Assembly: GCA_041581895.1 (NCBI GenBank)
Contig: JBFICQ010000003.1
Location: forward strand, 1 to 38,222
Length of the DNA: 38,222 bases
Direction of reading: 5' to 3'
From: Polyangiales bacterium
Lineage (GTDB): Bacteria > Myxococcota_A > Polyangia > Polyangiales > Houyiibacteriaceae
Part shown: positions 10,539-19,488 of the stretch, in pieces
Layout: each line of letters opens with the position of its first letter
How positions within the stretch are numbered: the stretch's first letter is position 1
The notes under the pieces: generated by a model
What the model saw: the letters and a program-made list of their open reading frames with translations, nothing else
Told to the model about the DNA's origin: nothing
Databases searched by the model: none
Position numbers and translations under genes: made by a program

Positions 10539-11143
10539 AGCAGGTCGGCGCCGAGGCCGAATAGCACGGAAATGACGATGAAGGGCGGCGTCATGCCGAT
10601 CATCGCCGCGATCATGTAATCACGGAACGATACGCCAGACATCGCGAGGGTGTAGTTCACCGGCGGCACCGCCCACAAGAACAGCCGGATCACGATCATC
10701 GAGCGCAAGGGTTGTTCTTCGAGACGATCCAACCACTTCTTGAGAAAGGGCGCCTGGATCTTCTTGAGCGGCTGCCCTCCGATCGTTCGAACGATGATGA
10801 AAGAGATCCCGACGGAAATCGTGGCGGCAATCACCGAGGCTACCGCTCCCCAGAGGGGACCGTAGGCAAGCCCAGCGACGGCCACGAATAAAAAGCCGGG
10901 AACATACAACAGCTGGCCGATCGTAAACGTCGCGGCAAACACGAAGAAGCCCCAAACGCCAGCAGCTCGCATCGACGCGCGGATGCCCTCGACCGTGAGC
11001 TGTTCGTGGAAACCCGTAGTACGTCCGATCGCATAGACCCCACCGAGAAAAAGTGCCAACAACGCGAGGCGCACCAAGGTTCGATTCACGAGGCGCAGTA
11101 GTGCACAGTCATCACGCGAAGACCAGCGCGTTTTGACCATCAC
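10535..11143 (-). CDS. TVP38/TMEM64 (VTT / SNARE-associated, DedA superfamily) membrane protein
   Basis: Hydrophobic; VPGFLFVAVAGLAYGPLWG, IRLFLWAVPPVNYTLAMSGVSFRDY and GMTPP. Start overlaps the upstream TPR-gene stop (GTGATG). Confidence 0.85.
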   Translation of the reverse strand: MMVKTRWSSRDDCALLRLVNRTLVRLALLALFLGGVYAIGRTTGFHEQLTVEGIRASMRAAGVWGFFVFAATFTIGQLLYVPGFLFVAVAGLAYGPLWGAVASVIAATISVGISFIIVRTIGGQPLKKIQAPFLKKWLDRLEEQPLRSMIVIRLFLWAVPPVNYTLAMSGVSFRDYMIAAMIGMTPPFIVISVLFGLGADLL

Positions 11144-13089
11144 GGCTCGAGCAGCGTATCTAGGGGATTGCGCGTCACGCGGTTGGACCCGTCGAGCGAG
11201 TTGATGTCGATGCGGCTGAGGTCCACCCGCGGCGAGAAAATCGCTTGGTGGAAAGAGTCCACGACCCTTTGCCGATAGGTCGCGCCGGTTTCGTTCTCCT
11301 CGAGCTCCACTTCGCTACAGCCCCACGAAGTGCCTGTCCGCCCGAACAAGCAGGCCTGCCCCCCTTGGACCTGAATTCTCAACCCGTCGTCGGAGCGGTC
11401 GAATCGCGGCGAACGACGCAGCGCCCTCGCGACTGCGCGGTCGATATCGGAGCCGGACGATTCAACCTTCACGGGAATCGCCCAGCCGAGGCGCCTGAAC
11501 AGGCCTGGGTCCGCGCCGAGCACTTCTTCGTACAGGGTCGCGGTCTGCCGCGGATCCGAAAGGGAGCCGGCCAGCAACGCTCTGACGCGTTCTCGAAGGA
11601 GAGCGTCGCCCGGCTGTAGCCCCTCGAGGGCGCTTTCTGCGTGCTCGAGGGCACTGTCGTAGCGCCGTTGTACGAGAGCGACCTCGGCGAGCACGGCATC
11701 GTAATAAGCAGAGGCCCCTTCCCTCGGGTCTTCGATGCGCACCCGATCGATCGCTGCCCGCACTACGCCCGGGCCGAGCACGGGGATCAACTCCCCGATC
11801 AGCCAAGGCGGCATGACCGCGCTCCGGGCAGTCCCGATGGCAAAAGTCCCCACTAGCCGCGAGTGATCGTCGAGAAATCTCGCCGTCTGACGCGCGCTCA
11901 TCCAAGCCTGGAAACGCAACCAAGTGGCCTTTGCGTGTGCCCACAAACGCTGGTGAACACCTTTCGCCGCAGCGCGCTCGATCGTCATCTCGGCAAGCAT
12001 CAGCCGGGCTTGGCGGTCGAGGAGCGCGACGATGCTGCGATCCTGCTCCGGGTCGCGACTGTTGTGGGCACGACGATCGGGAAGCACGACCGCCTTGTCG
12101 GTGATGCGAAGGGCCTCGTCAGGCCTTCCCATCAACAAGAGGAAAGCAGCGAGTGACCGACGAGCCTCGTTGCGATCGGAGTCCCTCACGTGGGGCGGTC
12201 GGGCGGCCCGGTGACGAGGCACTTCTCTCAGCGCGGAGAGTGCCTCCGAAAAGCGGCCCGCGCGCATGTAGAGATCGGCGAGCTCGAGCCACGGGTTTCC
12301 ATACCACGAAATACCGCTCTTGGTCGCTTCCATGAGAAGGCGCTCCGCCTCGTCAAAGCGAAACATCGACCTGGCCGCCTCGGCATAGTTCCCGAGGTCG
12401 ACGGCCGTCGCGCTTCCGAACTGCGTCCGCGCGTATTCGACCGCGCCCCGGCAGGCCTCGTAGCTTTCGGCGTCGTCACCGGCCTCGAACTCGATCGCAC
12501 ACAGCGCGTTCTTGGCGCGCTCGATTTGATAAGGATCGCCGGTCGCGAGGCCTTCCTCGGCGGCAAGGCGCGCTTCAACGAACTTCCGCTTCTTCATCAG
12601 GGGCCAGGCGAGCTCGGCCTTCAACTGCGGCGTGTAGAGCTCGTTGTATCGCCGCATGAAATCGAGCTGCTCGTCGTAGTGCTCCAAGTTGCCGTGCGTG
12701 ATCGTGAGCGCGATCAAGATGCGGGCGTGCCAGCGCCAGGGCTGGCTCGGGACCGGGGAGACGCCATGTTCGGCCTCGAAAAGCTCCAACGCCCGTGTTT
12801 CGTGAAAAAGCGCTTTCGGGAAGTTCGCCTCCCCGTAGTGTAGGGCCTGCGCAAAGACCAAGTGGCCTACGTACGAGCTCGGATGCTCAGCGAGGAACTT
12901 TTCGGCTGCGTCCCGCGCTTTGACATACCGTTGCCGCTCAATGAGGTCCCAAAGGAGCACTTCCTCCGGCGAAGCCTCTTCGCCTTCGAGTAGCAAAGGA
13001 TCGGCCATTTCATCCGCAGAGGCGCGAAATGCCCAGAGCCCAACGAGAGTCAGCGCCAGAACAAGATGAAGTGCCACCGAAGCACGCAT
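11140..13089 (-). CDS. Secreted tetratricopeptide-repeat protein
   Basis: Start at ATG 13089 gives a signal peptide MRASVALHLVLALTLVGLWAFRASA. Helical TPR-like repeats such as LADLYMRAGRFSEALSALREV, LAAFLLLMGRPDEALRITDKA and LAEVALVQRRYDSALEHAESA. Confidence 0.75.
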   Translation of the reverse strand: MRASVALHLVLALTLVGLWAFRASADEMADPLLLEGEEASPEEVLLWDLIERQRYVKARDAAEKFLAEHPSSYVGHLVFAQALHYGEANFPKALFHETRALELFEAEHGVSPVPSQPWRWHARILIALTITHGNLEHYDEQLDFMRRYNELYTPQLKAELAWPLMKKRKFVEARLAAEEGLATGDPYQIERAKNALCAIEFEAGDDAESYEACRGAVEYARTQFGSATAVDLGNYAEAARSMFRFDEAERLLMEATKSGISWYGNPWLELADLYMRAGRFSEALSALREVPRHRAARPPHVRDSDRNEARRSLAAFLLLMGRPDEALRITDKAVVLPDRRAHNSRDPEQDRSIVALLDRQARLMLAEMTIERAAAKGVHQRLWAHAKATWLRFQAWMSARQTARFLDDHSRLVGTFAIGTARSAVMPPWLIGELIPVLGPGVVRAAIDRVRIEDPREGASAYYDAVLAEVALVQRRYDSALEHAESALEGLQPGDALLRERVRALLAGSLSDPRQTATLYEEVLGADPGLFRRLGWAIPVKVESSGSDIDRAVARALRRSPRFDRSDDGLRIQVQGGQACLFGRTGTSWGCSEVELEENETGATYRQRVVDSFHQAIFSPRVDLSRIDINSLDGSNRVTRNPLDTLLEP

Positions 13090-13096
13090 GGTGGCG

Positions 13097-14110
13097 TCAT
13101 CCTCGACGCAAGCTCGCCTTTGCGAGCTTTTCAATCTCGACCGCTGTGGCCTCGGCGATGAGGGCCTCGATGTCTTCGACACCTGGAGCGCACTCCAATC
13201 GATGCTTGAACACGTAAGGCGCCAGCGCCTCGATGTCCTCTGGAGCCACGAAGTCACGACCCTGGATCACCGCGCGTGCCTGAAGCGCGGGAAGCATCAA
13301 GACCAGCGCTCGGGTCGAGGCTCCCTGTAACACGCGGGAATCGGCGCGAAGCAACCGGGCCAAGTCGACGAGGGCCTCCTTGACGACGGGCGCGACGTAA
13401 ACTGCCGACCGAGTCTGGCGCCGAGCGGCGAGGACCTCCTCGCGCGTGACGCCGGGAAAGTCTCGTGCGACTTCCAGGCTGGCCCGAGGATACTGGTCGA
13501 GAACCTCGAGCTCCGCGGCACGATCGATGTGCTTCATCTCGACCTTGAAGAGGAAGCGATCGAGCTGCGGGGTCGGCAGCGGATACGTCCCAGCGAGGTC
13601 GAGGGGGTTCTGCGTGGCGATGACGAAGAACAAATCGTCGAGCGGATACGAGGTGTCGTCGACGGTTACCTGCTTTTCGGCCATCGCTTCGAGCATCGCT
13701 GCCTGCACTTTGGGCGAGGTGCGATTGATTTCGTCGGCTAATACGATGTGTGCGAACACCGGGCCTCGTCGAAACGAAAAGCGGCTAGTCTCGACGTCGA
13801 ACACGTTGGTCCCGGTGATGTCGCTCGGGAGGAGGTCTGGCGTGAATTGAATCCGCCGAAACGCGGAAATCCCCGCGGTGGCTTCCGGACCCTGGAGCGC
13901 ATTGCCGAGCGCGCGGGCCAGCGTTGTCTTGCCCGAGCCCGGGTAGTCCTCGAGCAACACGTGCCCATCGGCGAGGAGCGCGATGAGAACGAGCTCGACG
14001 ACTTCGTCGCGGCCGCGTACCGCCGCCCGCAGCCTGGAGCCGAGGCGTTCGGCGACCTCGCGCGCCCCGGATAGGGAGTCGTCTAGGGCTGGTTGAATGG
14101 CTGGTTGCAT
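13097..14110 (-). CDS. MoxR family AAA+ ATPase
   Basis: GHVLLEDYPGSGKT (Walker A), RIQFTPDLLPSDITG, VLADEINR (Walker B), ATQNP and LDRF. Start at 14110 follows GGAG; alternative starts at 14140/14143. Confidence 0.93.
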   Translation of the reverse strand: MQPAIQPALDDSLSGAREVAERLGSRLRAAVRGRDEVVELVLIALLADGHVLLEDYPGSGKTTLARALGNALQGPEATAGISAFRRIQFTPDLLPSDITGTNVFDVETSRFSFRRGPVFAHIVLADEINRTSPKVQAAMLEAMAEKQVTVDDTSYPLDDLFFVIATQNPLDLAGTYPLPTPQLDRFLFKVEMKHIDRAAELEVLDQYPRASLEVARDFPGVTREEVLAARRQTRSAVYVAPVVKEALVDLARLLRADSRVLQGASTRALVLMLPALQARAVIQGRDFVAPEDIEALAPYVFKHRLECAPGVEDIEALIAEATAVEIEKLAKASLRRG

Positions 14111-14139
14111 GTCGGCTCCGGGCTCTCCAAAGGATGGCA

Positions 14140-16317
14140 TCATTTTGCGCGTAACCAAGACCAAGGGGTGATGAGCCCCAAAAATCGCTTCCATGCCGGA
14201 AAACGCCGGCGAATCTCGCGTCGAACCGCCTGGGCGTCTCGGCGTAACGAGCTCGAATCCGGTTGATGGCGCCCGAAGGCCGAAGCGATGTGCACGCGGG
14301 TCAAGCGTTCGAATGACGGCAACTGATCGCAAATGCGCTTGGCAAACGATTCACGCGATTCTCCAGGCGCACGCAAGACTGAGACCTCCGCGATCCGGTC
14401 GAGCTCCGCCCGATATACGACCCGCGAAAGCGCCGCGGCGGAGCTCCACTGCGGGGCGAATCGGCGCCATCCTTTCACACCAAAGAGGAAGATGAGCACC
14501 GCTCCGAGCAAGATCACGGTCCACGTGCCAATGGTGATCGACATGCGACGCGCGAGCTCTTTTATTCTTGGGAGGTCGGTCGCGGACAAAGGAAGTGGAG
14601 AGGCGCCCCGCGCTAGCTCTCCGAGCAGCCTTTGAAGGTCGGCATCCATGGGCTGCTCGGGCGGGTCGAGCGCGCGCTCAGGATAGACATCGAGCACCAC
14701 CCATCCAAATCCATCGAGATAGATCTCAGGCCAGGCATGGGATGCAGCGCCCGACAGGAGAAGGGACGACCCTCCTTGCCGCGCCGATTCGCTGACCGCG
14801 TAGCCTGTCGCCACACGCGACGGCACACCGAGGCTCCTCAAGAGGTATGTCGCGGCGTGCGCGAAGTGAACGCAATACCCCGTGAGGTCCCCGAACAGAA
14901 AACTGGCGGTCGGGTCTTCGGCGCCGCTGTGCTCGTTCTTGAGGCTGTAGATCCCCTCCCGGCCCAGCCACGCTGCCACCGAAAACGCCTTCGCAACGCG
15001 GCTATCAGACAAATCTTCGGGTACCTCGGAGACGATCTCGAGCGCCAGCTCTCCGTAGCGCGGATCGGGTGGGCCCCCGGTGTAGTGCGCCCATTGATCT
15101 TCCGACCACTTCGGAGAACCGAGGTCCGCATCGATCATCGCCGTATAGTCCGAGGTCAGAACGCCCGAGACGGCGCGGTAAACGCGCCGGAATCGATTGG
15201 GATAGGGGTTCTGCATCGGTTCGACCTCGACCGGTGCCTCGAGGGCAAATGGCTGGGTATGATCCGCCATTAGCGCGATCGTGGTTTCGAGTGGGCCTCG
15301 GTTTTCGTTGGTGGGGGGCGCATCGGTGATCTCGAGCGGCCGCGTCGGGAAGTTTGGGATCAAATCGCGATCGACATCACGCCGACCGGAAGTGACGAGC
15401 TTGCGCCCGTTGTACTGACTGAACGCGCCTTGGCGGAAGTAGTAGACGCCGCTCGGGGGCGAATAATCGTCGTGGAACAGGACCACGGCCACCGGCACGC
15501 GGGCGCCGCCCGCGTTGTACTTGTCGCGAAACTCGAGCTCGCTGTTCGAAGGGCCTCGTCGTTGGCCCTGCTGACCTTTGTCTTCCTTCTTTCCTTGTGC
15601 CTCATCGGGTCGAAGACCGAGCCCTCCACCTCCGGGAGGCGGCGGAGGCATCCCGACCATCGGGGTCGCAATGACGATTAGCGCCAACAAGAGCCCAACT
15701 ACGCCGAGGTTCAACAATGCGCGGCCGAAGCGTTGCGCCTGCAACAAGAGCACCAAGCCAAGCACGGTGGCCGTGCCTCCCATGAACAGGAAGAGCCAGG
15801 TGGGATCCCATCCGAGGGCGATGATCCAATCCGCCAGGTAGAACGGTCGATTGATCGCGCCATGCCGATGCGGCATGAAAAGCTGCGTGAATGCGACGGC
15901 GACCAGTAACAGCTCGAGCACGGCGAAAATGGCCCGTCGCGAAGACGAGGTTCGCAAGGCCGCACTCACGATGGCCGGGCACAGGAGCGCCGTGAGGATT
16001 GCGGCGGCTCGCATCGCGCCAACCGGGCCAATCACGGCCGCCAGGGTCGAGCCGCCCGTGAGCGCCCAACGCAACCCCACGACCACTGCGATCGCCACCA
16101 CGGCTCCGAGCGCGACCACCGAAGTACGAAGGCGGGTTCGGGCGATCGAAGCCCCCAGCAGACTTCCGATGAAGCCGCCAGCAAATGCAGCCGACGCGGC
16201 ACCCGGCGGCGCCATCGCGGCGACGAGGACCGCCCAAGCCAGACCATGAATCGCGGCGCGCCCCCCTTCCGTGAGAGCGCCGACCACGAATGACACCGGC
16301 GTTGCTGGAGTCGTCAT
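14140..16317 (-). CDS. Membrane-anchored transglutaminase-like (TgpA-type) protein
   Basis: Multi-TM N-terminus. Catalytic Cys-His-Asp motifs GYCVHFAHA..LRSLGVPSRVATGY and HAWPEIYLDGFGWVVLDVYP; C-terminal TM. ATG at 16317 overlaps the DUF58 stop. Confidence 0.88.
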   Translation of the reverse strand: MTTPATPVSFVVGALTEGGRAAIHGLAWAVLVAAMAPPGAASAAFAGGFIGSLLGASIARTRLRTSVVALGAVVAIAVVVGLRWALTGGSTLAAVIGPVGAMRAAAILTALLCPAIVSAALRTSSSRRAIFAVLELLLVAVAFTQLFMPHRHGAINRPFYLADWIIALGWDPTWLFLFMGGTATVLGLVLLLQAQRFGRALLNLGVVGLLLALIVIATPMVGMPPPPPGGGGLGLRPDEAQGKKEDKGQQGQRRGPSNSELEFRDKYNAGGARVPVAVVLFHDDYSPPSGVYYFRQGAFSQYNGRKLVTSGRRDVDRDLIPNFPTRPLEITDAPPTNENRGPLETTIALMADHTQPFALEAPVEVEPMQNPYPNRFRRVYRAVSGVLTSDYTAMIDADLGSPKWSEDQWAHYTGGPPDPRYGELALEIVSEVPEDLSDSRVAKAFSVAAWLGREGIYSLKNEHSGAEDPTASFLFGDLTGYCVHFAHAATYLLRSLGVPSRVATGYAVSESARQGGSSLLLSGAASHAWPEIYLDGFGWVVLDVYPERALDPPEQPMDADLQRLLGELARGASPLPLSATDLPRIKELARRMSITIGTWTVILLGAVLIFLFGVKGWRRFAPQWSSAAALSRVVYRAELDRIAEVSVLRAPGESRESFAKRICDQLPSFERLTRVHIASAFGRHQPDSSSLRRDAQAVRREIRRRFPAWKRFLGLITPWSWLRAK

Positions 16318-17636
16318 GCCGCCCTCCGCGTCCACGTCGTGACACGAACCGCGTCGCCGAGAATCCTTCCTGTGACCCGGTCGATAACCACCACCTCGCA
16401 CTGCAATTGACCGAGCGCTCGGCCGAGCTGTTCGAGCTCCGCTCGCGTCACGCCGGGCTCGCCAGTCGGAGTGAGAAGCCAGCGCTGCCACCGCGGTCGC
16501 GATCTCCCCTCGTTGACCGCATCGATTGCAATCACTACGCGCAGACGCCCGACCCGACGTCGAGAAAGCGCAGCGATCTGGCTGACCCAGGTTCCTGGGG
16601 TGGGTGGCGCGAAGACCACGAGCGCGGCCGGGCCTTGTCGATCGACCTCGGCGAGGAACGGGCGCATCCCGCTTCCGCTATCACCCTCGAATTGACCGGA
16701 TTTCATCACCTTGTGCAGTGCCTCGGCTCGATCCGAAGTCGGCTCCGGTGCGCCATCCGCGGCGAACTGCCACTCGCTTCCGAGTGCTTCTTCCTCGATA
16801 GCCGCACGCGCCGCGGCTGCTGCTGCCTCGTCGTGCTTGCCGGCGACTAGGTACGCCACAGTCCTTCGCGCCCGGCTCAAAGAGCGTTCGGGCATCCGCA
16901 CCATGAGCTTGCGAGTTCGACTGAACGCCTTCCAATGGATGAATCGGGCCGGATCGCCCGTGACGTAACGGCGTAGCTCGACGCGATCTCCGTCTTCGAG
17001 CCCCATGGGATGAGGATAGTCCTCGCCCCCGGTCAGCGACGCGAGCACGGGCAAGCGCCGAATGCCTCCGAAATGTGGCAGGACCTCGATCAGAGCCGCC
17101 TGCCGATCGCGAAAGGCAACCCGAGCCAACCCAAACGCATCTTCGACCACGATTCGACGAGTCACGACCTCGAAGATCCCCCTCTCGCTAAGGATGACTT
17201 GCTCACGGAGTCGGCCGCCGTCATGAAGCTGCTCCACCGCAGCCGCAGGAGGCGGCAGCCATTCCCAGCGCACACGCACCAATGGGAGCCACCGAAACGA
17301 CGGCAGCGCGAAGCCCGTCGGCAAGAGGCGCTTCGTTTCGAAGACCGAAGCCGACCATGCCTGCGGCGCGCGGTGAAGGCGAAACTTGAGGACGATGGCC
17401 GTCACAGCCACGGCAACTGACGAGATCGCCAACAGACCAGCACCGCCGTAGCCGAGGACCAGCAGGACCAGATCGAGTTTCCCATACCCAAAGCTGAACA
17501 AGGCGACGAAAGCCACCACGGCCAACGCCATCCCGAGCGCCGTCAACGGCCAAAAGTCCGCTGCCCGACGCAAGACGGGACGCGCGCGCGCCAAGACCGG
17601 CGCAATGGCGCCCCGAAGCTCGAGATCGGGTCTCAT
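16314..17636 (-). CDS. DUF58 domain-containing membrane protein
   Basis: Two N-terminal TMs; RGIFE...EDAFGLAR and the DUF58 signature ELRRYVTGDPARFIHWKAFSRTRKLMVR. In an operon with MoxR and the transglutaminase. Confidence 0.88.
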   Translation of the reverse strand: MRPDLELRGAIAPVLARARPVLRRAADFWPLTALGMALAVVAFVALFSFGYGKLDLVLLVLGYGGAGLLAISSVAVAVTAIVLKFRLHRAPQAWSASVFETKRLLPTGFALPSFRWLPLVRVRWEWLPPPAAAVEQLHDGGRLREQVILSERGIFEVVTRRIVVEDAFGLARVAFRDRQAALIEVLPHFGGIRRLPVLASLTGGEDYPHPMGLEDGDRVELRRYVTGDPARFIHWKAFSRTRKLMVRMPERSLSRARRTVAYLVAGKHDEAAAAAARAAIEEEALGSEWQFAADGAPEPTSDRAEALHKVMKSGQFEGDSGSGMRPFLAEVDRQGPAALVVFAPPTPGTWVSQIAALSRRRVGRLRVVIAIDAVNEGRSRPRWQRWLLTPTGEPGVTRAELEQLGRALGQLQCEVVVIDRVTGRILGDAVRVTTWTRRAA

Positions 17637-17736
17637 ACCAGGAATCGTGCCATGTGTGTCTGCATGCTCAAACACGTGGGAGAAACGCGTCATTCCGATA
17701 CCCCGGAATTACCCCTGTTGGGGTCCCGGAGCTGTC

Positions 17737-17764
17737 TTGACATGCCTAAAGCCGGGGCTACCAT
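17737..17764 (+). promoter_or_regulatory. Putative sigma70-type promoter for the ABC operon
   Basis: TTGACA (17737-17742), 16 nt, TACCAT (17759-17764); SD-like GAGGGAG before the ATG at 17810. Confidence 0.5.
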
Positions 17765-17809
17765 CGGCCAGCCCGAGGCAAGATCCCAAGATCACACGCG
17801 AGGGAGACT

Positions 17810-18778
17810 ATGAGCGATGTGATGATTGAGGCGCAGGGACTGACCAAGCGTTACGGTTCGGTCGTCGCAGTCGAAGACGCAACATTTGAAGTCAAACGCG
17901 GAGAAGTCGTCGGCTTTCTGGGCCCCAACGGCGCGGGGAAAACGACGACCATGAAGATCTTGACCTGTTTCATCGCGCCGTCGGACGGGTCGGCACGGGT
18001 GAGCGGGGCGGACATTTTCGAGGACCCGATCGCGGTTCGACAAGCCATCGGCTACCTACCGGAAAACACTCCCCTCTACACCGAGATGCTCGTCCTCGAA
18101 TATCTCGAGTACATCGCGCGGATGCGTGGGCTCCGCGGCGCGCAGTCGGACTCACGCATTCGTGCGGTGGTCGAGGAAACCGCGCTCGGCGACGTCATAG
18201 GAAAGAGCATCGGCGAGCTTTCGAAGGGGTTTCGTCAACGCGTTGGTTTGGCCCAGGCGCTCGTTCACGAGCCACCTGTTCTCATCCTCGACGAGCCGAT
18301 GAGCGGCCTAGACCCGAACCAAGCCGTCGAAATCCGCGAGCTCATCCGCGAGATCGGCCGTGAGAGAACCGTCATCCTGTCGACGCACAACCTTGCGGAG
18401 GTGCAAGTGACCTGCGGCCGCGTGTTGATCATTTCCCAAGGCCGCCTCGTCGCTGACGACACTCCCGACGAGTTGGCCGCGCGCGGTGGCAAACCACGCT
18501 TCATCGCCACGGTTCAAAAGAACGACCACAGCGCTTCACAACTGACCGATGTTTTCTCGTCCATCGAGAGCGTCCAAACCGTCGATGGACGCCCTGGGGC
18601 GGCAGCGAATGAGTTGGTCGTCGAGATCGTTCCCAAGGCCGACCAAGACCTGCGTGCTGACATCTTTCGGGCGGCGGTTGCGGCTAACCTGGTCTTGCTG
18701 GGGCTCGAGCAACGCGGAGAAAACCTCGAAGACGTTTTTCGGCAACTCACCACCGGCAACCGAGAGGCCTCGTCGTGA
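17810..18778 (+). CDS. ABC transporter ATP-binding protein (GldA-like)
   Basis: GFLGPNGAGKTT, signature LSKGFRQRVGLAQAL, Walker B LILDEP and H-loop LSTHNL. Confidence 0.93.
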   Translation: MSDVMIEAQGLTKRYGSVVAVEDATFEVKRGEVVGFLGPNGAGKTTTMKILTCFIAPSDGSARVSGADIFEDPIAVRQAIGYLPENTPLYTEMLVLEYLEYIARMRGLRGAQSDSRIRAVVEETALGDVIGKSIGELSKGFRQRVGLAQALVHEPPVLILDEPMSGLDPNQAVEIRELIREIGRERTVILSTHNLAEVQVTCGRVLIISQGRLVADDTPDELAARGGKPRFIATVQKNDHSASQLTDVFSSIESVQTVDGRPGAAANELVVEIVPKADQDLRADIFRAAVAANLVLLGLEQRGENLEDVFRQLTTGNREASS

Positions 18779-19485
18779 AACACACTTTGACCATCGGCGC
18801 GCGCCAGTTTCGTAGCTACTTCAACGGCCCAGTCGCCTACATCGTCATCTGCATCGTCATGCTGACGTTGGGTTTTTTCTTCTGGAAGACCTTCTTTCTC
18901 TTCGGTCGCGCAAGCGCTCGCGAGATGTTTCGTTGGCTCGGGTTGATTCTAGTGTTTGCGTTGCCGGCCCTCACGATGGGGCTTTTGGCGGAAGAAAAAC
19001 GCACTGGCACGATCGAGCTCCTGATCACCATGCCGGTAACCGAGGCACAGGTGATCGTGGGCAAGTTCCTGGGCGTGTTGGGGTTGTACGTCGTGCTGCT
19101 CGCCTTGACGATCTTCTATCCCATTAGCGTTTCGACGCTTGGAAATCTCGATTGGGGTCCCGTTCTGAGCGGGTACGTCGGGTTGCTGCTGCAAGGCTCG
19201 GCGATCCTCGCAATCGGTTTGATGGCATCGAGTTGGACGGACAATCAGTTGATTGCGCTGTTCGTCGCGCTCACCTTGAGTGTGTTCTTCTGGGTGTTGG
19301 ACAAGTTCCTGCCGCTACTCCCGACGAACGCTGCATCGGTGCTCGAATGGCTCTCGTTCGACTCCCACTTTCAGAGCATGGCGCGCGGAGTAATCGATCT
19401 GCGAGACGTTCTTTTCTTCGTCTCGGTCACCGTCTTCGCCTTGGCGTTGGCCTTTCGCGCTCTCGAATCCCGTCGCTGGAGTTGA
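18775..19485 (+). CDS. ABC-2 transporter permease (GldF-like)
   Basis: 6-TM pattern; SYFNGPVAY, TMGLLAEEKRTGTIELLITMPV, IVGKFLG and RGVIDLRD. Confidence 0.9.
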   Translation: MKHTLTIGARQFRSYFNGPVAYIVICIVMLTLGFFFWKTFFLFGRASAREMFRWLGLILVFALPALTMGLLAEEKRTGTIELLITMPVTEAQVIVGKFLGVLGLYVVLLALTIFYPISVSTLGNLDWGPVLSGYVGLLLQGSAILAIGLMASSWTDNQLIALFVALTLSVFFWVLDKFLPLLPTNAASVLEWLSFDSHFQSMARGVIDLRDVLFFVSVTVFALALAFRALESRRWS

Positions 19486-19488
19486 TCG

